Of a stretch of DNA of 61,014 bases, positions 11,801-23,971 are shown in pieces (the first letter of the stretch is position 1; each line of letters begins with the position of its first letter). Source of the DNA: Geosiphon pyriformis uo1 (lineage: Eukaryota > Fungi > Glomeromycota); the NCBI GenBank assembly GCA_016748015.1, contig JAAOMT010000404.1, positions 4,396 to 65,409 of the forward strand, given 5' to 3'. The notes under the pieces were generated by a model, which was given only the letters and a program-made list of their open reading frames with translations, was not told the origin of the DNA and made no database searches. A program made the position numbers and the translations under genes.

Positions 11801-14800
11801 AAACTCTATCACTACCGCCATGATGCCAAAATAATCTATGAACTTGTCATGGTTTTAATTAACAGAGGAACCAAAGAAGATGTCTTTCAAATAAAGGAAG
11901 CTAAATATATTGAATATACATTAGAATTAGTTGGAGTTGATTATAAAGATGAAGTAGAAGTATACCACCAAATCACAAGTCACACCTACCCGACCCAAGA
12001 AGCTCAAATTCAACAATTAGAGCAAATAAACATTAAATTATGTGAGAAATGTATAATGTTGTGCAACAAACAATGGTGTCCTGAATGCTACACTTTTAGC
12101 ATTTTATTGCCCAGCGAAAGTGACAAATATGAAATTGAATTTGGAGAACCTGAAGCAACAGAAAAAATTGAAACAACACCCATCTATCTCATTGAAAATC
12201 AGCCTGCTTCACAACTCAAATACTTCAACAACAATGGACAAGGAATAAAACCAGAAAAAGCACATGAAATTAATGCCGGATACAATCTATAATTTCCAAG
12301 AAAAGACACTTTGGTTCTTTAACCAAATTCTCTTACCAAAATCAACCTTAAAATTGCACTCAAAATTCCACCAGGAGCAATGGTCCAAATCGCTTCACAA
12401 TCATCATTGGCAAGCAAAGGAATCAATGTTAGAGGAGAAATCATAGATGCTGAATATACAGGAAACATTAAAATCATGTTACAAAATGAAACCAATAAAT
12501 CTTTTCAGATTGAACATGCTGAAAAAATTGCTTAAGCTATTTATTTACCCTTAATCAACATTTCGGGCTTACAGTTAGTCAATCAAAAAGAACAATTGGG
12601 AAAAAGCAGAAAAGGAACACAAAATTTTGGTTCAACTGGACAATTCACAGTTTCAGTAAACATAGCTCTTAATGAACAAAGTGAATCTCACCAGATTCTA
12701 TGACTTCCACAACCAATTACTATTTCACCCTTTGGAGAACACCCCAAAATTTACACTTGTGAAAAGCCGACAACCATACAACAAATTTTTGAGTCCAATA
12801 AACAAATCTGCTTGGAACATAATATCTCAATTCCAAACATTTATATTCCAGAAGGAACAAAGAAAGTCTGAGTTACTTTTTACAATCCCAACAATTATCT
12901 CATAGTTTTATTAAATAACTTAGAAATTGGAGTCATTCACAGTAACATCTTTTAACAAGAATTACCTCAAACAGTTCCCAATTTTTTGGAAATTATTGGA
13001 CATTTACTACCAAAAATCAACCCAAATCTCAGCTCTGAAAACTACCATGTTGTCATGGAAAAACTATCTCAAATCAACATGGGACAACTTGAATTACAAC
13101 AACAAAACCAGCTCAAAGAGCTAATTGCAGAATTTGCCAATATTTTTGCCAAAAACAACAATGACTTAGGAAGAACCAATTTGGTTCAACATCAAATCTA
13201 CACAGGAGATACCAAACCAAGACAACAACAAGCTTACTATATTGCTTCAGAAAGTCACCAATTTATCTGAGAAGAAGTACAACAGATGCTTAACAATGGG
13301 CTTATTCAACCATCAATGAATCCATGGGCCTCGCCTGTAGTCTTAGTTAAAAAGAAAAATGGAAAGATATGATTTTGTGTTGATTATCAACAACTCAACA
13401 GTGTTACTATTGGAGATGTCTATCTCCTTCCCCGAATTGATAACATGTTGGATGCTCTTGGAAAATCTAAATACTTTTCAACACTAAATCTAGAAAGCGG
13501 ATACTGGCAAGTTGCCATGAATCCCAAAGATTGTTCCAAAACAGTCTTCACAACCCAAGAAGGAAATTACGAATTCAATGTAATGTCTTTCAGATTATGC
13601 AATGCACCAGCAACATTTTAAAGATTAATGGATGTTGTGTACGAAGAACTTCTTTGGAAGTCAGTAGTTGTTTATCTTGACAATACTGATGTCTATCCTC
13701 CATCATTCAAATTACACTTAAAACACCTGCAAGAAGTTTTTCAACAATTACGAAAAGCAGGACTGAAACTCAACATCGAAAAATGCTACTTTGGAAAAAC
13801 AAGCTTGGTCTTCCTTGGTCATATCGTTAGTAAAGATGGAATCAAACCAGATCCTGGAAAAATCAGCACTGTCAAAAACTTCAAAACTCCTCAAAACACT
13901 ACAGAACTAAAAGAATTCATAGGGTTAGTCTCCTACTATCAGAAGTTTATCAAAAAATTCTCAGAAATCACAAAACTTCTTAACCAGCTTACCACCAAAA
14001 ACATCAAATACAAATGGACTGTTGAACACCAAAATGCATTTGAAATCCTCAAGAAAAAACTAATAACAGCTCCAATTCTCACCTATCCAGATTTCAGCAA
14101 CCAATTTCAATTAATAACAGATGCCTCTTATACTGCCTTCAGTGTTATCTTATCACAGTTAGATGACAATAGAAATGAGTGAGTAATTGCTTATGCTAGC
14201 AGAACATTGAAACCAGCTGAAAAAAACTACCCTGCAACAGAATTAGACACTGCAGCAGTAATCTGGACCCTACATCACTTTAACCTTTACCTCAGACCCA
14301 AAGAATTTGATATTATTACTGATAATATTAGACTCAAATAGCTTCAGAACAAAAACACTTAGCTAAACACAAAACAAACCCGATGGACAGGATTTTTAGC
14401 CAATTACTAATACATTGTACACCACAAACCAGGAAAACTCTACACCAACGTTGATTGTTTCTCAAGAATGAGACAAGATTAGAATACAAAACCAATACCC
14501 ATTTGAATTAACAATAAAACAACAAACAATGAATCCCAAAAACTACAACAATCTTAAACAATATTTGAAGACATTAACAATCTCAACAGATTGGTCCCCA
14601 GATGAAAAACATCAGTTACAACAACAAGCCAAACAATACTTCTTACACAACAACATGATTTATTATCAAAACTTCAGAAACCCAGACAATCCACTCAGAT
14701 TAATACAAGAACATAAAAAAGAAACCATTTTATATAACATGCATTCAGACCTTTCATCAACACACCTAGAAAAAGACAGCACCACCCAGAAAACACTAGA

Positions 14801-15912
14801 ATATTATTTTTGGCCTCAATTGAGAAAAGACATTCATGAATACATTAAGTCTTGTGATAGTTGTCAAAGAAGAGAAGGAACTCACCCTACAGAACCTTTA
14901 AACCCAATCAAAGTTGGACAGCCTTTTGACCAAGTAGGTATCAATTTAGTTAGACCACTATCTATTACAAACTAAGAAAACCATTATATTGCAGTAGCTG
15001 TAGACTATTTTATCAAATGGCCCAAAGCCAGAGCCATTTAACAAGCAGATACAAAATTAGTAGCAAACTTCATCTATGAAGACATCATTTGTAGACATAG
15101 ATGCCCAATAGAACTTTTATTTGATCAAAGAACACATTTTGTGAACAATTTAATCTAGGAAATTTGTGGACAATTTAATGTCAAAAGACCATTATCTTCG
15201 CCTTACCATCCACAAACAAATGGACTTGTAAAACGTTTTAACAGAACATTATGTGAATCATTAGCCAAAGTCTCAACTGATTTTGAGCAAAAATAGGATA
15301 TCTTTATTCCATTAGTGTTACTAGCATACAGAACACTAAAACAAGATACCACAAAACACATGCCATTTGATTTAACTTATAGAAGGACAGCAACATTACC
15401 AATTAGTTTCACAGTGAAAACATACCTAACACAACCAATCGATGAAGACAATTTCCAGAAAACACTTTAGCGAAGAGCCTACACTCTACTTAAAATGTTG
15501 GAAGGAAAATGACGAATAGCAGTTACCCATATTAAATACTTCCAAGCTCAACAAAAAGAATGGCATGACAACAAATTACCTCAAGTTACCAATGAATTTA
15601 AAATCGGAAACAAAGTTCTCTTACACAGAACTAAAGCCAAAAAACAATGGAGTGAAAAATTTAAAAATAAATGAGATAGACTATTCTTTATTCATGAAGT
15701 CTTAGGCAATGGATCATACAAGCTAAGACTTGATAACAAAATCCTAGCAAAAGTTGCACATGGAGATCATTTGAAACACTATAATTCCAGACACAATTCT
15801 GAATCATTAATTTCATAAATTGGTACACATTCCCCTTTAATCAATCCCAAAAATATTCCCCAAAATTTAGAACCAATAGTTGTCATTGAACAACCTCCTA
15901 ACTTGAACACTT
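8822..15912 (+). pseudogene. pol: gag-pol of B: gag, CCHC, PR (~10940), CxxC domain (~11490-12090), dUTPase (~12250-12640), RT (~13080-14050), RH, IN (14529-15912)
   Basis: PQEWLDQV, LILNSGSTGS, NAGYNL..KIAL, VYLDN, HS....HL..CDSCQRR, HPQTNGLV.RFNRTL. Confidence 0.92.
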
Positions 15913-16075
15913 AACTTGAAATTATTATAGTTATCTCCTTATAATTTAGAAACAATCTCACAAAAACAAAGCAAAAATAACATAAAAACTCATACACCAA
16001 AAATAATTTTCTTTTATTTTCAAATTTCTTATAATAACTATTCCTCAAAACATTTAACAATTATCCCAAAAACTA

Positions 16076-16753
16076 ATGTTAGCTTTAAAAACAATACCCA
16101 AATTATCTATTACTGTTACTGGAAACCACATTAATTATATCCAAACAGAAGTAGTTACAAATTTAGCCTCAAATTCACAAAAATATCATCCATATAAGAA
16201 GAACACAAGAAGTTATTCTGGAATTCACCTGCCAGAACTTTTAAAGCTTGCTTTAAGAGAAAACTTAATGCTCACTCCTATTAGTATTCTACCAAATGCT
16301 ACTATTTAACAAAAACTTCAACTGTGTCTTAATAAAGAAAACTACAACTATACTCCAATATATAGATATTTCTATATTGGAAAAACACTTCATGAACAAA
16401 AACGGGAGCTTATAGCAGCAAATCTCATAAAAGAAGCTATTTGGTAACAACTCCACAATGAATTCAAGACAACAGCTGGACCTACAAACAGTCATTATAA
16501 ACTAAGAGCTGCTCTTAGACTTTATAACCTATTTCACACCTGTGAAAACATCCTATGAAACCCAATTTTACAACCTTTGAAGATTCAATACATTGGAAAA
16601 CTCACAGAACTGAAATTTCAACAATTTTCAGACCAAATTTCTTCAATAATTTTGGATTATTATCTGGAAACTACAGACAGTACTTGGACTTCAACAGAGT
16701 TCAGTCTTAAGGAGGAGGTTATGTTACCAGACGAAATTAGAGATATTATTTAG
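16076..16753 (+). pseudogene. Extra ORF3 of B (unknown protein), runs into the 3' LTR
   Basis: Single frame with a few TAA/TGA; YFYIGKTL...KLRAALRLYNLF...IQYIGKL; ends MLPDEIRDII* inside the LTR. Confidence 0.75.
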
Positions 16754-17704
16754 CATAAAATTATCTTTATAATTCCTATCATTAATTAACATATATTATT
16801 GTTCAAATTATTACTCATTACATTAGCAAAATGTCTGGAATTATCATTTAATTAATAACCCAATTTGTACATAATATAAATGTAACCTAATTGTGATGAT
16901 TAATCATTCAATATCCTGAACTATGTAACATTCAAAAAGTTTGCCAAAATTTGTAGAAATTTGCTGAAATAATTGATAGTTTACTGAAATATCTAATAGT
17001 TCACAGAAATAACTTGTAGTTTGCCAAAGTGTATCTTTAGTTCAATGAAATTGTAGAAAAGAGCAAAGTTCAAGTTCAGAGAATAGTATTATGACAAGTT
17101 GTATAAAAAAAGAGCTTTTCTCTTTGAAAAAATGTATCTTATTTTAGATTTATTACTTAGAACCATTTCTATACACACAAAAAAAAAAAATATTAAATAA
17201 TTTGAAAAACCAAATTTTTTAATTATTGCACTTGGAAAATCTCCAAAAACCCAATTAATGTTTTGAAATTAATTAGCTACCAATTTCAGTAAACTGTTAA
17301 TGACTCCAGGCCTAGATAGAAAATGTTTCTCTTGACAGAATTCTATTTCTTTTACATTTTTTTTATTTTCTTTCTTTTATTTTCTTATTATAATCATTAG
17401 AGTAGTCTACAAATGAGATTCCTGTAGAAAAGTTGACTTTCACAGCAAAATAACTACACATTTTTAGTGAGCTTCCAGATGAGCAATTCCTGGGAAAGAG
17501 TTGACATTTACTACAACATAACTACATAAAGCAACTGACACGGAATTGGCCATTCTACTTATAAGCCCAGCAGTTCAAATTATAGGAGATAATTTGAAGA
17601 TAAAATTCAGTTATCGGAGGTTCAAACACTTCCCATAGTCGTGAATTAACAGCATTACAACAAACATACAAGAGCTAAGAAGAGACCAAAAACCTCTGAT
17701 AACA
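16722..17704 (+). repeat. 3' LTR of B
   Basis: Preceded by PPT AAGGAGGAGG; direct repeat of 7837-8819. Confidence 0.93.
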
Positions 17705-18660
17705 CCATTAATAATCACCAGCAAAAGCAACAAATATATTGCAGTAGCTATAAATTATCTCACTAAATGGCCAGAAGCAAAAGCCATTCAAAGAGCAGAT
17801 GCAGAATCCATTGCTGAATTTGTCCATCAAGATTTGATCTGTCAACATAGATGTCCAAAAGAACTACTATCAGATCAAGGAACTTACTTTGTGAACAGAA
17901 TACTGGCAGAATTAAGTCAAAAATTTGGAGTTAAAAGACTATTGTCATCACTATACCATCCACAAACCAATGGACTAGTTGAAAGATTCAATAGAACACT
18001 GTGTGAAGCAGTTGCCAAGATCAGTCAAGAAAACCAAAATGAATGGGATTTGTTTATATTATCAATACTATTTGCTTATTGGACAATAAAGCAAGACACT
18101 ACACAAGCAACACCATTTGAATTAGTATACAGTAGAACAACAACATTACCAGTTGAGATAAAAGTCAACACTTATTCAACAGAACCAATAACTGAAGACA
18201 ATTTTCAGGAAACGTTGTTAAGAAGAACATATGACTTAATGGAAACTCTAAAAAACAAGTGATGAAGAGCAGCTGATAACATTCAAAAGTCACAAGAGAA
18301 ACAAAAAGAGAGACACAATAACCAACTACCAGACAAACCAGTTGAATTCAAGATTGAAGACAAAGTACTTCTATATCATACTAAAGCGAAACAACAATGG
18401 AATAGAAAATTTGATCCCAAATAGGACAGACCATTTTACATTGAAGAAATTCTCGGAAATAGAGCTTATAAATTAAGATGGGACAACAGAATTTTAGCCA
18501 AAGCAGCACATGGTGATCAACTAAAACCATATCACCAGATAGCATTATCATCTACCAATAACATTCCACAACTGGGAGTACAAAGAATACTAGTTTAACC
18601 AGATGAGATTTCATGAGATTTGAAACCAATCATAGTTATTGAACCAAACACATCAAATTG
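17705..18660 (+). pseudogene. Integrase core and C-terminal GPY/F module of A (resumes after B)
   Basis: YLTKWPEA, LSDQGT.F, YHPQTNGLVERFNRTL, KFDPK.D.PF.I. Confidence 0.9.
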
Positions 18661-18716
18661 AACAACCAAAAGAATATATAAAGACACAGTACACACAACA
18701 AAAGCAACCAAGAAAA

Positions 18717-19395
18717 ATGGAAGTATCAAATCATATTCACACTATAGCTTAATAATTGTTCTAGGCCTTAAGTGAACAACAGTTAGACATGGAAATTGTT
18801 ATTAACAAACAAATAATTTGCTATTGAAACACCCAAAAAAAGACAAAAAACACACCATATTAGTAACCACCAAAGAATAATAAAAACTGGTCAGATAACA
18901 TAATAGAAAAAGTAAAGAACACTTTTGGGAAAATACTTATTATGGCACCAAAAGAAAAACTTACAAAAGAGAATTGGAAGCAATGGACAGAACAACTTCC
19001 AATATTATATTGTTACTACCAGTTAGGTCGAAAGTTGAATATTCAAGAGTTGTATATTGACAAATCCAAGAGAATATTTAACTAAAACATAATACAGCAA
19101 ATTAAAGAATTTATTGGAAAAAAGACGAACTTAACACTACATATGAGAACAATTTATTAACTGCACAACATATTTCAGAACTATCCAGAAATACTGTTAC
19201 ACTCTAATATAGAAAGCATAACCATTAATCAATGGGGAAGAATGAACAATATACAAGTAGAAGATGTGAAAAATAAAGTCAAACAAACAATACTAGAAAA
19301 AGAAGTATTGGAGCTAATTTAAAATGAAAATTTCAATGGAGCTCAATATTAAAAAGGAGAAAATAATATTACTCATAGAAAGAAAACAGATATAG
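18717..19395 (+). pseudogene. Extra ORF3 of A (unknown protein)
   Basis: MEVSNHIHTIA..LYCYYQLGRKL..MRTIY.LHNIF..TINQWGRM; stops compatible with CAA/CGA>TAA/TGA; 3' end uncertain (19351 or 19395). Confidence 0.65.
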
Positions 19396-20116
19396 AGAAA
19401 TAGTAGACCAATAAGCAAATAGTATATAATACATGAGCACATTGTTCAGCAATGGGGAGCAATGTCAGAAAACATGGCACATTGCTTAAAAAATCATAGC
19501 ACATTGCTTGGAAATGTGAGCAATCTCGTAAAACATCAATTATGTATATATAGCAATAGCATTAGAAATAGAAAGGGCAGAATTCTAGAGTTAGAAATCT
19601 TTCATCCACAAATATTAAATAAATAAATTATTCATCATCTAAATCTACTCTCTACTATTAACACTTCATGTTGATAGTAATTAATACTTAATTATGCTGG
19701 AATAATAGCTCTTGATCATGGCTATTAATGAGATACTAACTTGTAATTGCTTTTGTTTACTTCTTTTATTTTCTTTTATTTCTTTTTTGTTATTTCTTTG
19801 GTTTTACTAAATTGATTAAGGATTAAGCATTAAGATACAGATGTCATAGGAACTGGTAAAAGACCTGTAAAACAAGGGTAAAACACTCATAGATTTGAGA
19901 ATAGCTTACCAGAAGGATTACCAGCCACCATGCTGAGAAAAAAATTTGACAGAATTGCGATTCTGCAAGGCTACTAAAAACAAACTATTAAATCTCTGTT
20001 CATTATACAAAGAACTCCACAACCAAAACCTTCAGATATCAACACCTAAGTATCAACTAAGCACCAAGTTACAGATTTGTTATTTGACTTGAGACCTCAA
20101 ATAATCATCTGTAATA
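19367..20116 (+). repeat. 3' LTR of A
   Basis: Purine tract upstream; repeat of 317-1085; followed by TSD CTGT. Confidence 0.92.
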
Positions 20117-21476
20117 CTGTTAATACTTTCAAGTCTAAACTAAAACCAATTTTCTTAAACATATAATTTTTTTTTCTTTATTTTTTTAATTTTTATTGCA
20201 AAGTAACTAAACAAAATAATTGATATAAAATTGGTTATTTTATTATAAATTCTATTAATATTTACTGTTTAAAATATAAAAAAATACTTTAAAAGAAAAA
20301 TTAGCTTATTAAAAATTTATTAGTTTTTATTAACAACAAAATTAACAGCAAAATAGCATTAATAATAACAAAAAAAAATAATAAAATTTTTTTAATAACA
20401 ATAGATAATTATTTTTTTTAGCACAAAAAAACCAAGATTATTTTATAACATATTATTAAATAATTTAATATATATTAAACTTATTTTTTTTATTTTGTTT
20501 TATTTGTTTTTTAGTTAAAAAACAGCTTAACTTAGAATTTCAAGATTTTTGAAATTAGTTTTTAGTTGAATATTTAGCTAAAACTTATTTAATATATTAT
20601 TATTAAAAAAAATTTTTATTAAAATAATNNNNNNNNNNNNNNNNNNNNNNNNNNNNNNNNNNNNNNNNNNNNNNNNNNNNNNNNNNNNNNNNNNNNNNNN
20701 NNNNNNNNNNNNNNNNNNNNNNNNNNNNNNNNNNNNNNNNNNNNNNNNNNNNNNNNNNNNNNNNNNNNNNNNNNNNNNNNNNNNNNNNNNNNNNNNNNNN
20801 NNNNNNNNNNNNNNNNNNNNNNNNNNNNNNNNNNNNNNNNNNNNNNNNNNNNNNNNNNNNNNNNNNNNNNNNNNNNNNNNNNNNNNNNNNNNNNNNNNNN
20901 NNNNNNNNNNNNNNNNNNNNNNNNNNNNNNNNNNNNNNNNNNNNNNNNNNNNNNNNNNNNNNNNNNNNNNNNNNNNNNNNNNNNNNNNNNNNNNNNNNNN
21001 NNNNNNNNNNNNNNNNNNNNNNNNNNNNNNNNNNNNNNNNNNNNNNNNNNNNNNNNNNNNNNNNNNNNNNNNNNNNNNNNNNNNNNNNNNNNNNNNNNNN
21101 NNNNNNNNNNNNNNNNNNNNNNNNNNNNNNNNNNNNNNNNNNNNNNNNNNNNNNNNNNNNNNNNAATTTAAATAAACCAAATTAATTATTAAAAAACATA
21201 TTTATTAAAATTTTTTTATTTCTTAAATACAATTTATGTTTTTTCTATATATAATTAGTTACTTAAGTTAATTAAAATTATACTATTTTATATTTAACTA
21301 TCTAATATTATAAAAATATTTGCTTTATAAAACAGTTATATTTAATACTAATTTTAATAAATTTTTAAAATTTATACTTAATAATTGTTTTAATTTAATA
21401 TTATATTTTGATATTATATTCAAAAAATTTCTATCTTAATTTAATTAATACAATATATTTATTAATAATAAGACTA

Positions 21477-23971
21477 CAGTAAACTCTTTCTATAATCCCT
21501 TTAATTATAGTCACTATCTTCTTATAATCACATTTTTTTAAAAACCAAAACCATTTATATATAATATTATCTCCTTATAGTTACTTTTACTATATATATC
21601 TCCTTATAGTTCTTATCTCCACAAATATAATAGCAGAATATAAGTAATTTCCACTCTCTATAGTCACACTATAATCATATGATATTAGATATGAACATCA
21701 GATGTTATTTCATATTTAATTGAACATGTACAGTCAGGTAGATTTCCTGATTTGTCAATGGAAATCATTCTTTTTATGGTAGTAAAAAAAATTAGAGAAG
21801 TTTCTGGAAACAATTGTAAAACACTAAACATAATTTCTCAAATATTACTCTTCTTCTTTATAAGCTGCCACCATCATCAGAAGACAATGATAGAATTATT
21901 ATATCTGACTTGTTGTTTGTGAGTATTATGAAAGTTTTAATAATAGTTAACATATGGTACAGTACTGCTGCTCTTGGTGCTTTGGAGACTAGTGGTGCTT
22001 CAAAGATTGATAGTGCTTTGAAGGCTGTTGCTGCGAGTATTGATGAAGTTACTTTGGATCAAACTTTGGCTAACAAGATTACTTTTTCTCTGTATTGAAA
22101 GAAGGAATTAACAGACCTACAAGCAAGAATAATGGCCCAATAGAATCCTCTAAAAACAAGTTTGTTAATGGGAGATTGCTCAAGCAAATCAACTGGAAAT
22201 GAAATTCAAATTTACCTTTTCTTAGGAAGAAAAATGTGACCAGTAATAAAACTCAGAGGATAAGGATTCTGATATATACCCAATAAATACATTTTCACAC
22301 TAACTTTGGCATCCACAATTAAAAAAGAGCTCTATACTAACAATCATATTCATCATTTGACCAATATTTAGTATTAGCAAGTGAAAGTTTGATTGATAGT
22401 TTTAAAGATATATTAAAAATCAACTTTTTTGGGGCAAATAAATCCATGTTGAATGCTTTTCATAATCCAAACATAATTATGCAGAACGGAGATTCAGACC
22501 TAGACTTAACATATCATGTTTTAAAAATGCTAATTATAAATAGTAATGCACCTAACTCAAGGTAAACAAAACTGTACACAATACAATATATTTCTAACTT
22601 CTTAAAGAATATTTATTAGGCTGTTACATGATTAACTTGATAAGCTTCAAAAACATGATCACTTAAAAGAGGTATTAAAGAATTAATAATAGGTAATAGT
22701 TGTGATTTTATTAACAGATTTACATTTTTTGATGATCTGCTTCTTCACTTGTTACTGGAATTGGTTTCCAAGTATTTAACAATGTTTCTTTAATTTGCCT
22801 TGCTTTAAGAAAGTCTATTTTTTTCATTTGTGCAATTTTACTGAATTTTTTTATTTTTTTGCTTAATATCCATTCATGACTAATATCATAAAAAACACTA
22901 TTAAAAACATTTGGATTTACAAACTATGTCTTTTTTATCTGAACTCAAAATCAATTTAATTTAGCAATAAAGCTAAGATGTATACAAGACTTGTATATTT
23001 CACTTTTAGAATATCTGATGACATTAAAGAAATTAATACACAATTTCTCAAATTTGATACAGTTACATGCTGCAATTTACCAATGCCATTGTAAAGGTGT
23101 AGAAAGAATCAACAATTTGAGCATTTTGTTAATTTCTTTAAGTATTACATCATGGCCTTGATGTTGATTTGAAAGTTTAAATCAAGAAATTACAATTTTT
23201 TCTTGAATCAGCTTGCAAACTTCAGGCTTCAATCATAGCCATTGTTCTTCATCAGCAATTTCAATTAATTGGTAAATAGGATGGTGCCGAGCAGACCAAA
23301 TTGGTGCAAACATTTGTCTAGCCGCAAGTTTTAATGAAGACTTATTGAAACAAACTCCAGTGTGAAAGTTAATAATTGCTTGTAAATTAAAAAAGACTTG
23401 TTTATACTTTAACCTGAACATGGGATCTGTTTCATTTTGGGCCCATTCTAAGTAATTTTCAACAGATAGATTTTCCTTAGAAACAACATATAACCACATT
23501 AATTTGAAAGCCATTGCATACTTATATATATTACATATTGAATCTCATGACTTATGATGATCAAGACATTTTTTAAAAAACTGCAGTTGACTTTCACTCT
23601 GATATCTCTGATATTATATAAAGTATTTTATATCAATATTCCAATTGATATAGGCGTTACTGTGTTTGGAGGGCTTGACAACATGATATTGTGCTATCTT
23701 CTATGCAATTATGCAAGTATGCAGAGGATCAAATTAACAGCCTTCATTATTAATCATCAGTTGGAAGTAAGAGACAAAAAGTGTTGCAGATACATTATCA
23801 AAATTAGGTTTTTTTTTACCAAGAATCTGTCATTTGCACTTAGAATCCTACAGTTGGATTAAAACCTTTATTTTTATAATTTGGCCGCTTTTTATAATCT
23901 GAGGCACCTCATATGACATAAGACACCTCACATGTCTGATTAGATATAAGACAAAATAACGTTTGAAACAT
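21477..23971. mobile_element. Truncated copy of the pogo-like element (one TIR plus cargo only)
   Basis: TA + CAGTAAACTCTTTCTATAATC TIR; mirror of 35230-37675. Confidence 0.8.

Larger units (their letters stand above)
7837..17704 (+). mobile_element. Ty3/Gypsy element family B (dUTPase-bearing), full-length but degenerate, nested in A integrase
   Basis: LTRs 7837-8819 and 16722-17704 (TG..CA); TSD TCAT/CCAT; the corresponding site is empty in the mirror arm (~49133). Confidence 0.95.
317..20116 (+). mobile_element. Ty3/Gypsy LTR retrotransposon family A (dUTPase-bearing), degenerate, interrupted by element B
   Basis: Two ~760-bp LTRs, PBS, PPT, TSD CTAT/CTGT (313-316, 20117-20120), gag/PR/RT/RH/IN fragments in Gypsy order. 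Confidence 0.95.
1..23971 (+). repeat. Left arm of giant inverted duplication
   Basis: Base 1 (taagtagtagttggattatac) is the reverse complement of 56973; 20628 pairs with 38622 and 21165 with 37986; homology ends at ~23971 (gtttgaaacat). Confidence 0.93.

Noticed and set aside
18717-19395. ORF3 as env; IN C-terminus as chromodomain
   Set aside because: ORF3 is short and hydrophilic with no TM segment; IN ends after a GPY/F module without chromodomain motifs.
317-20116. Stop-codon reassignment explaining the many in-frame stops
   Set aside because: Stops differ between copies and correspond to CAA/CAG/CGA/TGG in sister copies, so they are point mutations.
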